From Candidatus Abzuiibacterium crystallinum (GTDB lineage Bacteria > Omnitrophota > Omnitrophia > Omnitrophales > Abzuiibacteriaceae): DNA of 64,000 bases. The first letter of the stretch is position 1. Each line of letters starts with the position of its first letter. The notes beneath the pieces are model-generated. The model saw only the letters and a program-made list of their open reading frames with translations. It made no database searches and was not told where the DNA came from. The position numbers and the translations under genes were made by a program. Location of the stretch: contig PCVY01000068.1 of NCBI GenBank assembly GCA_002787155.1, positions 2,426-66,425 on the forward strand. Reading direction: 5' to 3'. This document shows, in pieces, positions 38,735 to 49,926 of this stretch.

Positions 38735-40031
38735 CGATTTAATTCGAAAAATCAAAAGTAGGAACATTAAAATTGCAGTTGTGGGGCTCGGTTATGTTGG
38801 GTTGCCCCTCGCAGTTGAGTTTGCCCGAAACGGAATTGCTGTTATCGGGATTGATATCAATCCGGCTAAAATCAAAGGGCTAAGGGCGGGAAAATCACAC
38901 GTTCAAGATGTCCCGGATAAAGACATTGCGGATATCGTCAAGAATAAGAAATTGATTGTTACGACAAAATTTGAATCGGTCAAATCAGTTCAAGCCATTA
39001 TTATTTGCGTACCCACTCCCCTCAACCGCGTCAAAGAACCCGATTTGTCGTTCATTTTGCATGCCACTGACGGCATCCGAAAATATTTAACGCGGGGTCA
39101 AATTATTATTCTAGAAAGCACTACTTACCCGGGCACAACCGAAGAAGTAATTTTACCCAAGCTAACAAGAAAAGGGTATCGCGTGGGTGAGGACTTTTTC
39201 TTATGTTTTTCACCGGAGCGAATAGATCCGGGCAATCAAAAGTTTCCCATGCCCGTCATTCCAAAAGTAGTCGGCGGCATCACGCCTCAATGTGTAAAAG
39301 TGGCGACGGCATTATATGGTCAGGTGTTTTATCGGGTTGTTCCAGTGTCATCCTCCAGAACGGCTGAAATGGCTAAGTTGCTTGAGAACACATTTCGAAT
39401 TGTTAATATTGGATTGATTAATGAATTGGCAATGATTGCTGAACGTTTAGGAGTGGATATTTGGGAAGCTATTGACGCAGCCAAGACCAAACCGTTTGGA
39501 TTTATGCCGTTTTATCCCGGGCCCGGCGTCGGCGGGCACTGTATTGGCATTGACCCGATCTATTTATCTTGGAAGGCAAAACGTCATGGGTTTGATGTAC
39601 GATTTATAGAGCTTGCCAGAGAAATTAATACGAATATGCCCGCCTATGTTGTGCGGCGAATTACCGAGGTGGTGAGTAAAAGGCTTAAAAAGGATACGAA
39701 AAAAACAAGTGTTTTAATTGTTGGCGTTACCTATAAGCGAAATGTGGCAGATACAAGAGAATCGCCGGCGATTGAGATCATTGAACAGCTTCTAGGAAAG
39801 AAATTTCAAGTAACGTACTTCGATAAATTTGTGCCGTCTCTTCGCTTTAAACACGTTAACTTAAAATCAAAACCTTTAACTGAGAATGAAATTAAGAAAC
39901 ATGACATAGCGGTGATAGTAACAGATCACTCAGATATTGATTATGGCATGGTTATTAAACACTCGAAGGTCGTCCTGGACACTCGAAATGTGCTTAGGTC
40001 GTTTCAATCGGCAAAAGTAGTACGGTTATAG
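38709..40031 (+). CDS. UDP-N-acetyl-D-hexosamine 6-dehydrogenase (TviB/WbpO/WecC-like nucleotide-sugar dehydrogenase)
   Basis: KIAVVGLGYVGLPLAVEFARNG Rossmann, catalytic Cys GPGVGGHCIGIDP, 440 aa. Confidence 0.8.
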   Translation: MPKHSITPDDLIRKIKSRNIKIAVVGLGYVGLPLAVEFARNGIAVIGIDINPAKIKGLRAGKSHVQDVPDKDIADIVKNKKLIVTTKFESVKSVQAIIICVPTPLNRVKEPDLSFILHATDGIRKYLTRGQIIILESTTYPGTTEEVILPKLTRKGYRVGEDFFLCFSPERIDPGNQKFPMPVIPKVVGGITPQCVKVATALYGQVFYRVVPVSSSRTAEMAKLLENTFRIVNIGLINELAMIAERLGVDIWEAIDAAKTKPFGFMPFYPGPGVGGHCIGIDPIYLSWKAKRHGFDVRFIELAREINTNMPAYVVRRITEVVSKRLKKDTKKTSVLIVGVTYKRNVADTRESPAIEIIEQLLGKKFQVTYFDKFVPSLRFKHVNLKSKPLTENEIKKHDIAVIVTDHSDIDYGMVIKHSKVVLDTRNVLRSFQSAKVVRL

Positions 40032-40056
40032 CAGACGAAAAAGGGAAGGAAAGCAT

Positions 40057-41007
40057 ATGAAGCGTTGTTTGGTAACTGGCGGAGCAGGATTTATTGGCTC
40101 ACATATTGTTGATGCACTAGTAAAGCGTAAAATGCGCGTTGTTGTTTTGGATAATTTTTCTACAGGCAGTATGTTAAATTTAGAAGCGGTTCGGTCTAAA
40201 ATAAAAATTGTTCGCGGAGATATCAGAAATTTAAGGGTAGTAAAAAACGCAACAAAGGATGTTGACTATGTTTTTCATTTGGCTGCCAATCGTGCCGTTT
40301 TAAGATCGGTCGATAACCCTTTGGAAACCAATGAAAACAATGTGACGGGAACCTTGAATGTTTTAGTGGCTGCCCGTGATTATGGCGTTAAACGAGTAGT
40401 TTACACATCCTCTTCTTCGGTTTACGGGGATAACAAAAAGTTTCCATTGAATGAAGCTTTTAAACCAATGCCTGAGTCGCCTTATGCAGCACAAAAACTC
40501 ATGGGGGAATATTACGCAAAGCTTTTCTATTGCTTGTATGGTCTTGAGACCGTTTCCCTCAGGTATTTTAATGTATTTGGACCGCGCCAGAATCCCGAGT
40601 CGAAATATTCAGCTGTCATTCCAATTTTTATTGATTGTGTTCTAAAAAATAAATCTCCCGAAATTCACTGGGACGGCAAGCAGTCAAGGGATTTTTCATA
40701 TGTCGACAATGTGGTTGAGGGTAACTTAAAATCAATGACGGCATCCTCAAAAGTAGCGGGCGAGGTATTTAACATTGCTTGTCATGATGAATATAGTGTT
40801 TTAGATATCTTTAATGAAATCAAATTTTTATTGAAAAAGCCGCACATGCGAGCAAAATTTACACCCAAACGCAAAGGAGATGTCCGCCGGACTTATGCGG
40901 ATATTCAAAAAGCCAAACGCTTATTAAATTTTAAAGTGAAAACCCGTTTTAAGCCCGGCATGCGAAAAACGGTTGCGTGGTTTTTGTCAACACGTGGATT
41001 GAAATGA
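40057..41007 (+). CDS. NAD-dependent UDP-sugar 4-epimerase (TviC/WbpP-like)
   Basis: [27 protein letters not shown] (YxxxK), [10 protein letters not shown]. Paired with the TviB-like dehydrogenase. Confidence 0.75.
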   Translation: MKRCLVTGGAGFIGSHIVDALVKRKMRVVVLDNFSTGSMLNLEAVRSKIKIVRGDIRNLRVVKNATKDVDYVFHLAANRAVLRSVDNPLETNENNVTGTLNVLVAARDYGVKRVVYTSSSSVYGDNKKFPLNEAFKPMPESPYAAQKLMGEYYAKLFYCLYGLETVSLRYFNVFGPRQNPESKYSAVIPIFIDCVLKNKSPEIHWDGKQSRDFSYVDNVVEGNLKSMTASSKVAGEVFNIACHDEYSVLDIFNEIKFLLKKPHMRAKFTPKRKGDVRRTYADIQKAKRLLNFKVKTRFKPGMRKTVAWFLSTRGLK

Positions 41008-41951
41008 AAAAGGAAAAGGTTGTTATTACGGGTGGAGCCGGTTTTATTGGGTCACATTTAACCGAGCATTTTTTATCCGAAGGCCATCAAGTGGTGTGTG
41101 TTGACAATCTTCTAACCGGCGATACAAGAAATATAGAAAATTTCAAAAGTCATCCGCAATTTGAATTTGTTCAGCATAACGTATGTGATCATATCGATAT
41201 TCCCGGTTCGGTTGATTCCGTTTTACATTTTGCGTCACCGGCGAGTCCGGTTGATTACTTAAAGTTTCCGATTCAGACATTAAAAGTGGGTGCTTTGGGG
41301 ACTCACAATGCTTTGGGATTTGCTAAGGCAAAAAAAGCGACTTTTTTGCTTGCATCAACCTCAGAAGTTTATGGAGATCCGTTAATACATCCTCAAAAAG
41401 AGGATTATTGGGGCAATGTGAATCCGATTGGGCCTCGGGGTGTCTATGATGAAGCAAAGCGATTCGCAGAGGCGATTACGCTGGCTTATCAAAGAACACA
41501 CAAGATGGATGTGAAAATCGTGAGAATCTTCAATACCTATGGACCGCGGATGCGCCTTGAAGATGGCCGTGCCATTCCGAATTTTATTAGCCAGGCACTC
41601 AAAAGAGAGCCTCTGACAACTTATGGGGATGGTTCGCAAACCAGGAGTTTTTGCTATATTAGTGATTTAGTTCGAGGAATTGTCAGTTTGCTCAATTCGG
41701 TTCATCATGGCCCTGTGAACATAGGCAATCCTAATGAGATGACTATTTTGGAGCTCGCCAAGACCATTATCAAACTCACGGGAAGCCATAGTTCGGTTGA
41801 ATTTAAACCGCTTCCTCAAGATGACCCAAAAGTTAGGCAGCCAGACATTACCAGAGCAAGAAAATTATTAAATTGGGAACCAAGTGTGCCGCTTGAAAAG
41901 GGATTAAAAGACACGATTGACTACTTTAAAACTGTTACCGCTTCAAAATGA
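41004..41951 (+). CDS. UDP-glucuronate decarboxylase (UDP-xylose synthase, UXS/ArnA-C-like)
   Basis: [55 protein letters not shown]... and [10 protein letters not shown] match the UXS family closely. Start reset to ATG 41004 (ATGA overlap). Confidence 0.8.
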   Translation: MKKEKVVITGGAGFIGSHLTEHFLSEGHQVVCVDNLLTGDTRNIENFKSHPQFEFVQHNVCDHIDIPGSVDSVLHFASPASPVDYLKFPIQTLKVGALGTHNALGFAKAKKATFLLASTSEVYGDPLIHPQKEDYWGNVNPIGPRGVYDEAKRFAEAITLAYQRTHKMDVKIVRIFNTYGPRMRLEDGRAIPNFISQALKREPLTTYGDGSQTRSFCYISDLVRGIVSLLNSVHHGPVNIGNPNEMTILELAKTIIKLTGSHSSVEFKPLPQDDPKVRQPDITRARKLLNWEPSVPLEKGLKDTIDYFKTVTASK

Positions 41952-42883
41952 AGATTCTGATCACAGGTGCCTCCGGTTTCGTTGGACAGCATCTGGCACA
42001 GTATATCGGCCAGAAAAAAAGAGTTTGCATCGGAAGTTACCGTACGCACCGGCCTCCCAAACACCTATTTAAAAAGACGTACCATTGTGATTTTTCATCC
42101 TTTGGCGAAGTGCTGCGGCTGATTAAGCGTGTTCGGCCAACGCACATCTTCCATTTGGTGGGACAAAGTTCACCCTCATTATCCTGGAAGAAACCATTTG
42201 ATACATTTGTAGATAACGCACTTTCCACTTTGCATTTGGCCGAAGCGTGTCGTCAAGCACATTTGAAACCACTTATCATATTAAGTTCGTCCGCACATGT
42301 TTATGGCAGTATTTGTTACCGACGGCGGATACCGACAGAAAGCGATTTTCCGACTCCCATGGATCCATATGGAGCAGCCAAAATCTATGCGGAGGAATTT
42401 TTGCGGCAATATAGGCAACAGTTTCACATTCCTTTCATTGTTATTCGAGCCACGGCCCATGTTGGGGTGGGACAGCCATCCGTTTTTGCGATTTCAAATT
42501 TTGCTTTGCAGATTGCTAAAATTGAAAAAGGATATCAGGCGCCGGTGATTCGTGTTGGAAATTTGAAAACGGAGCGAGGTTTTATTCCCGTAGATGACAT
42601 GATTCGGGCTTATTGGTTGGTACTTCGGAAGGGCAAGGCGGGCCAATTGTATAACATTTCAGCTCAACAAGTTGAACCTATGGCGCACTGGTTGGATCTT
42701 TTATTGAAAATGAGTACAAAGAAAATCAAAGTCATTCAGGAAAAAACACGTCTCAATTTAATTGAAATACCAAAACTTCGGGTTTCAAGTCAAAAATTTA
42801 GACGACTCACCGGATGGCGCGAAACTCATTCGTTAAAGCAGGTTTTCCAAGACGTCCTCAATTGGCATCGCAGTCATGTTTGA
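41948..42883 (+). CDS. NAD-dependent epimerase/dehydratase family protein (SDR-extended; possibly a 4-keto-6-deoxy sugar reductase)
   Basis: [16 protein letters not shown] Rossmann, [10 protein letters not shown] (YxxxK). Confidence 0.6.
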   Translation: MKILITGASGFVGQHLAQYIGQKKRVCIGSYRTHRPPKHLFKKTYHCDFSSFGEVLRLIKRVRPTHIFHLVGQSSPSLSWKKPFDTFVDNALSTLHLAEACRQAHLKPLIILSSSAHVYGSICYRRRIPTESDFPTPMDPYGAAKIYAEEFLRQYRQQFHIPFIVIRATAHVGVGQPSVFAISNFALQIAKIEKGYQAPVIRVGNLKTERGFIPVDDMIRAYWLVLRKGKAGQLYNISAQQVEPMAHWLDLLLKMSTKKIKVIQEKTRLNLIEIPKLRVSSQKFRRLTGWRETHSLKQVFQDVLNWHRSHV

Positions 42884-43943
42884 AATTGATTTCATTATTG
42901 TGACACGTAATCAATTAGAATACACCAAACGGTGTTTGGATAGCATTTTAAAAAATATTTTCCAAAACAGCAAGCTCATCATTGTTGATAATAATAGCGA
43001 CATCATGACGCTTGATTATTTAAGAAAACTGTCTCGCCAGCTGCATGCCGCAAAGAAAATTGAAATCATAGAAAATGATCGAAATCTGGGCTATGCTCAC
43101 GCGCTCAATCAAGGCCTTGCGTCTTCACATTCAGCATACGTTTTTCTATGTAACAATGACATCGAGTTTTATCCGAATGCAGTGACCGAAATGATATCTG
43201 TTGCATCTGCGCAGGAGATGATCGGGTTGGTGAATCCAAATTCAAATGAATTTGGCCTAAAAAAATATGATGGGGAGCAATTGAAGCGATGGCAGGGAAC
43301 ATGGATTGAGCGGTGCCACACGTCAGGATTTTGTGTTTTGGTAAAGCGAAAAGTACTCGATCAGATTAAGGGAATTGATTTAGATTTCAGTCCGGCTTAT
43401 TACGAGGATATGGATTTTGCGGAACGTGCTAAACAACATGGATTTTTATGCGTCGTTGCTCGCGGTGCCTACGTCCATCATTTCGGGACCAAAACCTTTT
43501 TACCCAAAGAAAAACAAGCTGCTTGGGATAAAAATAAAGCACTATTTATCAAGAAATGGGGCGGAACGAAATGGTTTGCCTTTCTTGGATCGGACGCTTT
43601 GGTTAATGATGAGGTATTGCGCAAATCGGTGATTCAACACTTGCTTCAGGTAGCACGAAGTCATATTGCGATTATCCATATTTTTATACCCCCAGCGGCT
43701 CTCGAATCATTCCAAAACATTCATGATAGTTTTCGTGTCCAAGTTGTGCCTGCGTGGGCTGCCGAATGGTTCTTGCTTTTTAAAACATGGCGGGGTCGTA
43801 AAAAAAAGCCTATCAGTCATATTTTAACTGATACGCCGCAAATGCAGCTGAAGTTGCGGCGCATGAAAAAGTTGGTTCAAACACCAGTCGAAATTTTGGA
43901 GGAATTTGTCAGCGCGTCATCGTATAAGGCTAAAAGTGTTTGA
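42876..43943 (+). CDS. glycosyltransferase family 2
   Basis: N-terminal GT-A domain (FIIVTRNQLEYTKRCLDSI...IIVDNNSD...CNNDIEF...YEDMDF) with DXD-like motifs. Confidence 0.7.
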   Translation: MFEIDFIIVTRNQLEYTKRCLDSILKNIFQNSKLIIVDNNSDIMTLDYLRKLSRQLHAAKKIEIIENDRNLGYAHALNQGLASSHSAYVFLCNNDIEFYPNAVTEMISVASAQEMIGLVNPNSNEFGLKKYDGEQLKRWQGTWIERCHTSGFCVLVKRKVLDQIKGIDLDFSPAYYEDMDFAERAKQHGFLCVVARGAYVHHFGTKTFLPKEKQAAWDKNKALFIKKWGGTKWFAFLGSDALVNDEVLRKSVIQHLLQVARSHIAIIHIFIPPAALESFQNIHDSFRVQVVPAWAAEWFLLFKTWRGRKKKPISHILTDTPQMQLKLRRMKKLVQTPVEILEEFVSASSYKAKSV

Positions 43944-45091
43944 TAATGACGTTTAGCTGTAAAGTGATCTTGGAAAAAACGATATCCATTCTCACCTAAA
44001 ATACATGCTTGCTCATGATTGGCGAGCAAGTAATCGAGGTTTGTTGTTAAAATGCCTACATTTTGTGTCGGTACAAGATAACCTGTTAGACCATCTTTTA
44101 GCCAGCCTGAAATGCCGCCGACGTCAAAGCCAATCACAGGTTTTTTGCGTGACATGGCCTCAAGTCCTGCCGTTGGAAATGAATCGGGATAAATCGAAGG
44201 AACGACGACAACCCGGCACCGATCAAGATAGGGAAGCACTTCATCGTGCGGCAAATTACCCAAGAACCGGCAACAGTGCCTAATGCCCAATTTTTCGGCT
44301 TGAGCCATCAGTTTTGATTTCTCTTCGCCGTCACCAAGAACAATCAAACGATAAGGCTGTTTCAACGCAGCCGTTGCTTGAAGCAGGAAATGAACACCTT
44401 TGTAGCGTCGTAGTCGTCCTAGAAAAAGAATTTCAGGCGGCGATGGTTCTTTTACCTTTAAAATTGGCTGGTGTGCAAAACCGGCAAACAAGGGGATGGC
44501 GGCAATCTGAGAGCTCTTAACCCCGTTTTGAATCATAATTTGTTTAGACGATTCGCTTGGCACGATTACTTTTGCAATATGATTCATTAGTTCTAACGAT
44601 TTTTTCTTCAACTTAATGATTTCTATATTACGCCGGGGATGTCTGCTCATGCATTTTTCTGCATAGGCAACTAAAATGCAGCCAAGACCCATTTTAAAAC
44701 AACATTCTTTTTCAGAGCGGTTTAAATATTTGTCAATCCCGCCGCAATACGCATCCGCATTTAATGTCGTTTTAATGGTTGGTTTGCTTTGACGTGCCGC
44801 TTCAATGATGAACGGATTGTTTAGATCGTGAATGTGAATCAAATCGGGTTTTATTTCATCCACTCGAGCTGCCAACGGATTAACGGCTAATCGCGCTTCG
44901 CGATAATCTAAATTTGCCAGATAATTGATGGTATGGACTGTGGTGTCATTGGGAATGCTTTCAGCTGGTTTGACTGCTGTAATGACGCTTTGCCGGTGCC
45001 CATAAGAGAGAAATGTGCTGATCAAGTTCTTTAGATAGATTTCGCAGCCGCCCAAGGGATCAATGGAGCGTGTGAGGTGAAGAATGTGCAT
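43877..45091 (-). CDS. glycosyltransferase family 4 (only minus-strand gene inside the plus-strand locus)
   Basis: GT4 N-terminal (HILHLTRSIDPLGGCE) and GT1 C-terminal (LFLGRLRRYKGVHFL...GLEAMSRKKPVIGFDVGGISGWL) motifs. Start taken at Met 45091 (track ORF extends to 45118). Confidence 0.7.
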   Translation of the reverse strand: MHILHLTRSIDPLGGCEIYLKNLISTFLSYGHRQSVITAVKPAESIPNDTTVHTINYLANLDYREARLAVNPLAARVDEIKPDLIHIHDLNNPFIIEAARQSKPTIKTTLNADAYCGGIDKYLNRSEKECCFKMGLGCILVAYAEKCMSRHPRRNIEIIKLKKKSLELMNHIAKVIVPSESSKQIMIQNGVKSSQIAAIPLFAGFAHQPILKVKEPSPPEILFLGRLRRYKGVHFLLQATAALKQPYRLIVLGDGEEKSKLMAQAEKLGIRHCCRFLGNLPHDEVLPYLDRCRVVVVPSIYPDSFPTAGLEAMSRKKPVIGFDVGGISGWLKDGLTGYLVPTQNVGILTTNLDYLLANHEQACILGENGYRFFQDHFTAKRHYQTLLALYDDALTNSSKISTGV

Positions 45092-45184
45092 GCAGCAGCT
45101 TATTTGACAAATTGACAAATCATAAAATTACTTTAGAATAGTCACAAATTTTAAATCCTAACTCTTTCAACGTCAATAACTTAC

Positions 45185-46309
45185 ATGAAAATCGCATTAC
45201 CACATTGCGGCTTTTCGCCCGAATCAAATTCCGGGGGCGAAACCTATGAGCGTGAAGTGCTTAAACACCTTGCAAAATTAGGTGTTGAATTTGAAATCAT
45301 TTTAGCAGAAGGGAAGCCTTATCCACAAGGTTTTCCGCAATTTCATATCCACAGAGTCCCGATTCGAAAGGGGTTAAGATGGTATGTTTCAAACTTTATT
45401 TGGCCTCATTACCTGAAGAAAATAGAATCACAAATACCGTTCGATCTCTTACGCATTCATTCGCTTCGATATACAGGTCCTGGGGTCCTTTGGTTTAACA
45501 AACATGCGAAACGAAGATATCCGGTGGTTTGTCACCATCATCACATTGACCCTGATCCGCTGAATTACTTAATTGAGAAAAGAGTCATCAATGCCTCAGA
45601 CTTACTGATTACTGGAAGTGAATTCTCAAAAAAACAATTGATCGCTGATTTCAGCATTAAATCAGAAAAAATCAAGGTTGTCCCTTATGGTGTGGATGAG
45701 AGTTTTAAGCCAATGAACCGAGACAGGGCGCTTTTAAAACAATTCAATTTAAGTCATGAAAAAGTTTTATTGTTCTTAGGCGGATTTAAAAAAAGGAAGA
45801 AAATTTTCTTTCTAATCGATGTTTTTGACGAGGTTCTTAAGCACGTCAAATATCCGGTTAAGCTGGTCATGGCAGGATCGGGCCCGCTCAAAAATTCATT
45901 AACAAATTATATTCAACAAAAAGGGTTAAGCGAAAGAGTTATTTTGACTGGTTATATTCCCGAACAAGAGAAGACTGTATTTCATAATTTAGCGGATATT
46001 TTTGTTTTCCCTTCAGAAATGGAAGGGTTTGGATTTAGTCCGGCTGAGGCCTCAGCGTGCGCAAAACCAGTTATTCTTTCCAACGTAGGCTCATTACCCG
46101 AAATTGTGGAAGACGGCAAAACAGGATTTGTGCTTGAGAATGATGTTCGAGCTTTTTCGGAGAAAATTCTATGGCTCCTTTCGCACCCAGAAGAGTCCAA
46201 GCGAATGGGAGAAGCAGGCTTGAAACGTGCCAAATTTTTGTTTCAATGGGAAATTACCGCTAAGAAGACGTTATCGGTTTATGAAGAGGTCGTGAAGAAT
46301 GTCAGTTAA
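45185..46309 (+). CDS. glycosyltransferase family 4
   Basis: GT1 C-terminal motifs (FLGGFKKRKKIFFLID...FVFPSEMEGFGFSPAEASACAKPVILSNVGSLPEIV). Confidence 0.75.
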   Translation: MKIALPHCGFSPESNSGGETYEREVLKHLAKLGVEFEIILAEGKPYPQGFPQFHIHRVPIRKGLRWYVSNFIWPHYLKKIESQIPFDLLRIHSLRYTGPGVLWFNKHAKRRYPVVCHHHHIDPDPLNYLIEKRVINASDLLITGSEFSKKQLIADFSIKSEKIKVVPYGVDESFKPMNRDRALLKQFNLSHEKVLLFLGGFKKRKKIFFLIDVFDEVLKHVKYPVKLVMAGSGPLKNSLTNYIQQKGLSERVILTGYIPEQEKTVFHNLADIFVFPSEMEGFGFSPAEASACAKPVILSNVGSLPEIVEDGKTGFVLENDVRAFSEKILWLLSHPEESKRMGEAGLKRAKFLFQWEITAKKTLSVYEEVVKNVS

Positions 46310-47102
46310 ACAAATAGCATTTCGCATGGATGATGTGGGCGCTGCCTCGAAACAACATGAAGTTTATGGAAAAACACGTGTGCAATTGGGAAATTGGCGG
46401 ATCCCGTTTCCTGGTAACTTCCTGTGGGTTAAATACCTAAAGCCTTTTCGTCAATGGGGACCTTATGCCGAATTGTCTGTTGATCAATGGGGCAAACTTC
46501 TGGCGCTTTGTGAGAGGATCCAATTAAAATTAACAATTGGCATTACAGCAGGGTGGGTCGAAAAAAACGGCTCAGTGACAGCATTCCCAACCCGTTATCC
46601 TGAGCAAGCTAAAATGATTAAAACAGGTCTCAAAATGGGTTGTTTTGAAGTTGCCAATCATGGTTACACACACTGTGTTTTGAATAACTGTGACTTTCGC
46701 CCAAAGTATTTTTCAAGCAACCGTCAATGGCACCGCGAATTCTGGGAGTGGGTCCCTTTGGAGGTTCAACGCAGTCACATCGAAATGGCTCAAACCATTC
46801 TTCAAGATTATTTCGAAGATGAAGTGGTCACTTTTATCCCTCCCGGCAATGTCTTTACAAACGAGACTCTCAAAGCGGCTAGTGAGTACGGGCTGAAGTA
46901 TGTTTCTTGTCAGAGATTAAAATCTGACACTGATACGACTTTAATCCCGATCCCAGATCAAAACGTTTTTGCTTTTCATGATAAAGAAGTACAAGAACTT
47001 GGCATTCAGTGGCTGGAAGATCAATGTCAACAGCGGCAGCCCTGTGAGTTTGTGTTTATTAAACAAATAGGAAAAGACATCTCGTCTACAGCGCTATCAT
47101 GA
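46299..47102 (+). CDS. polysaccharide deacetylase-like protein (CE4/DUF2334-like)
   Basis: IAFRMDDVGA N-terminal Asp-Asp motif and HGYTH metal-binding-like His motif. Confidence 0.45.
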   Translation: MSVKQIAFRMDDVGAASKQHEVYGKTRVQLGNWRIPFPGNFLWVKYLKPFRQWGPYAELSVDQWGKLLALCERIQLKLTIGITAGWVEKNGSVTAFPTRYPEQAKMIKTGLKMGCFEVANHGYTHCVLNNCDFRPKYFSSNRQWHREFWEWVPLEVQRSHIEMAQTILQDYFEDEVVTFIPPGNVFTNETLKAASEYGLKYVSCQRLKSDTDTTLIPIPDQNVFAFHDKEVQELGIQWLEDQCQQRQPCEFVFIKQIGKDISSTALS

Positions 47103-47872
47103 AATATATTTTAATATTCGTTTCCTGGTTTAACCGTAAAGCAAAGAACCTTGCTATCCGCTTGGTAAAATGGACGGGCAAACACCGCGAATATATTCAC
47201 CCCAAACATCTTTTAATTGACGAATCGCACTACTGGTATATGCCGCAACTATCGTCTGATGATTTAGTGGCGGACTTGGGGTGTGGGAGCGGATCGCACA
47301 CGATTCAAGCAGCATCGAGGGCTAGCAAGGTCATTGGTTTTGATGGTAACGCAAATAATCTGTCGATTGCTAAGCGATTGGTAAGTGAAAAGAATTTAAC
47401 TCGTGTTGAATTCCAATTTTGCAACTTGGAAGAACCGCTGCCTTGTGTGGATAGTTTATTTTCAGCTGTGTTAGCTCTAGATATTTTAGAGCATTTACAT
47501 CGTCGCGATGAGTTTTTAGACGAAATATTTCGCATTTTGATTCCGGGCGGCAAGTTAATTTTGTCTGTACCGAACAGTGAAACATCTTGGAAGAAGGAGT
47601 TAAGGAAATATGATTTATTTTATTACTCGGATCTTGATCATAAACACGAATATCAGCAGGACGAGATCAAAGAGGTGCTCGAACGGCACGGCTTTCGAGT
47701 GTTTATGTGCGATCCAACGGTTTATGACACGCCATGGGTTGGTTTGATCGACGTGGTGGGCGGCATTTCGCTTCGCCTGTATGAAAAATTTGCGCAATGG
47801 AAACGGAATCAAGCGCTCAAACAACCGGAGGAAGCAACGGGTTTTCGTATCGTTGCGGTTAAAACAACATGA
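47099..47872 (+). CDS. class I SAM-dependent methyltransferase
   Basis: Motif I VADLGCGSGSHT, motif II-like ALDILEH, post-I acidic residue. 257 aa. Confidence 0.7.
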   Translation: MKYILIFVSWFNRKAKNLAIRLVKWTGKHREYIHPKHLLIDESHYWYMPQLSSDDLVADLGCGSGSHTIQAASRASKVIGFDGNANNLSIAKRLVSEKNLTRVEFQFCNLEEPLPCVDSLFSAVLALDILEHLHRRDEFLDEIFRILIPGGKLILSVPNSETSWKKELRKYDLFYYSDLDHKHEYQQDEIKEVLERHGFRVFMCDPTVYDTPWVGLIDVVGGISLRLYEKFAQWKRNQALKQPEEATGFRIVAVKTT

Positions 47873-49158
47873 GAATCGGCCTTGTTAATGAATTTTATCC
47901 TCCTTTTGCGCCGGGCGGCGCCGAATGGAGTATGTACGAACTGGCCAAAGGGCTGAGGACAAAAGGTCATGACGTGGTAATCATAACACCGAACTACGGC
48001 ACAAAGTCGTTTGAAGAGAATGAATCTGGCCGTATCTATCGTTATGCGTTTGTCAAACGAATGAAAGAAGGAAGGAGATTGCCTGGCTTTATTTGGTTGG
48101 CGAATCCGATTCATTATGTCATGTCAGCTATATTCATGATTAAAATTATCCGGAAAGAACAACTGGAACTTATTCATGTTCAAAATAAATATACACTCGT
48201 GGGCGCGTGGATAGCAGCACGTTTAACTGGAATACCGATTTTGGCTAGCATTCGCGATACAAGTCACATTTGCCGCATTGCTGTTTGCTTACATCATTTT
48301 GAATCCGTGCCCCAGGATTGCGGTATCGGAAAACTGCTCGAAGAGTGCTCAGAAGAATATTACGAACAATATTACCCGGTCAAGTCTTTACGTGCACATT
48401 TGCGGGATAAGGTATTTCAAGTTTATCACTGGATGGATGTGCATTTGCGTCGTATTGCGTTAAACCGCGTAGATACAGTTATCGGTGTTAGTCAGGGCAT
48501 TCTAAATGTGCATGAAAAATCTCGCGTTTTTACCAACAGCAGACAAGCCAAATATGCAATTTATAACTTTGTGGATGTGAATGATAACGCTGACTCTCTG
48601 GATAAAACGAAGTTGGCAGATCAATATCAATTACGGGGAATGAGAATAGTGTTATATGTTGGTGGTTTCTCAAAAGGAAAGGGAACGCAAGATTTTATTG
48701 ATGTGGCGCGACGGTTCGAGAATCGAACCGACAATACCCTGTTTGTCATGATTGGATCGGGCAAATCATTTCAATTGCCGAGTAATGTTAAGCTCATCCG
48801 CGATTTAGATCATTATCAAACACTTCAAATGTATCAACTTGCACATGTGGTGGTGGTGCCGAGCGTTTGCCAGGAGTCGCTCAGCCGCGTTGTTTTAGAG
48901 GCGATGAGTGCAGGTAAGCCAATTGTAGGAACACGTGTTGGGGGGACGCCCGAAGCGGTGTTAGATGGTGAGAATGGTTTTGTGGTGGAGCGCGGCGATG
49001 TTGAGGCGTTAAGTGAAGCGATTACCAAATTAGTTGTGAATGATGCTTTGCGGGAAAAAATGGGTGAGCGCTCAAAAGAACTTGTGCGAGAAAGATTTAA
49101 TCAAGAACTTCAGATCGAAAAGATAGAAGCGTTATATCAAACATGTTTGGGTGAGTGA
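47869..49158 (+). CDS. glycosyltransferase family 4
   Basis: N-terminal NEFYPPFAPGGAEWSMYELAKGL. C-terminal YVGGFSKGKGTQDFI...VVVPSVCQESLSRVVLEAMSAGKPIVGTRVGGTPE. Confidence 0.75.
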   Translation: MRIGLVNEFYPPFAPGGAEWSMYELAKGLRTKGHDVVIITPNYGTKSFEENESGRIYRYAFVKRMKEGRRLPGFIWLANPIHYVMSAIFMIKIIRKEQLELIHVQNKYTLVGAWIAARLTGIPILASIRDTSHICRIAVCLHHFESVPQDCGIGKLLEECSEEYYEQYYPVKSLRAHLRDKVFQVYHWMDVHLRRIALNRVDTVIGVSQGILNVHEKSRVFTNSRQAKYAIYNFVDVNDNADSLDKTKLADQYQLRGMRIVLYVGGFSKGKGTQDFIDVARRFENRTDNTLFVMIGSGKSFQLPSNVKLIRDLDHYQTLQMYQLAHVVVVPSVCQESLSRVVLEAMSAGKPIVGTRVGGTPEAVLDGENGFVVERGDVEALSEAITKLVVNDALREKMGERSKELVRERFNQELQIEKIEALYQTCLGE

Positions 49159-49916
49159 AGGGAGTCTCTATGTTTGAAAACCAAAAAGTGGCAGTTGTGA
49201 TGCCTGCTTACAATGCAGAAAAAACGCTACGGCAAACCTATGCCGAGATTCCAATGCCAATTGTCGATGAGGTAATTTTGGTGGATGATCAGAGCAAGGA
49301 CCGAACCGTTGAGGTGGCAAAAAAAATTGGGATTCATCATGTGATCAAACATCAAAAAAATCTTGGGTATGGCGGTAACCAGAAAACATGCTATCGGAAA
49401 GCCTTGGAAATCGGCGCCGATATCATTTTAATGCTTCATCCGGATTATCAATATACACCTAAACTCATCATTCCGATGATTTCACTGATAGCATCGCGTC
49501 AATTCGACGTCGTGCTTGGATCTCGAATTTTGGGCATTGGGGCTCTGAAGGGCGGTATGCCGCTTTACAAATATATCTCAAACCGTGCACTGACTTTTGT
49601 GGAGAATATTTTATTGTCGCACAAATTGTCTGAATACCACACCGGCTATCGGGCTTATTCAAGACAAGTGCTTGAATCTATCCCGTTTGAAAAAAATTCA
49701 GACGACTTTGTTTTTGATAACCAGATTTTGGCTCAAGTGATTTACGCAGGATTTCCAATTGGTGAAATTACTTGTCCAACAAAATATTTTCCTGAGGCGT
49801 CGTCCATCAATTTCCGCAGGAGTGTGGCGTACGGACTGGGCGTGCTAAAGACTGCCGTCGAATATCGGTTGCATCGAATGGGATTAATCCGGTCCTCATT
49901 ATTTAAATCAAAGTAA
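49155..49916 (+). CDS. polyprenyl-phosphate glycosyltransferase, GT2 (DPM1/GtrB-like, soluble form)
   Basis: VAVVMPAYNAEKTL...VDDQSKDRT...LHPDYQY. Likely start at Met 49170. Confidence 0.75.
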   Translation: MKGVSMFENQKVAVVMPAYNAEKTLRQTYAEIPMPIVDEVILVDDQSKDRTVEVAKKIGIHHVIKHQKNLGYGGNQKTCYRKALEIGADIILMLHPDYQYTPKLIIPMISLIASRQFDVVLGSRILGIGALKGGMPLYKYISNRALTFVENILLSHKLSEYHTGYRAYSRQVLESIPFEKNSDDFVFDNQILAQVIYAGFPIGEITCPTKYFPEASSINFRRSVAYGLGVLKTAVEYRLHRMGLIRSSLFKSK

Positions 49917-49926
49917 CCCATGATCT

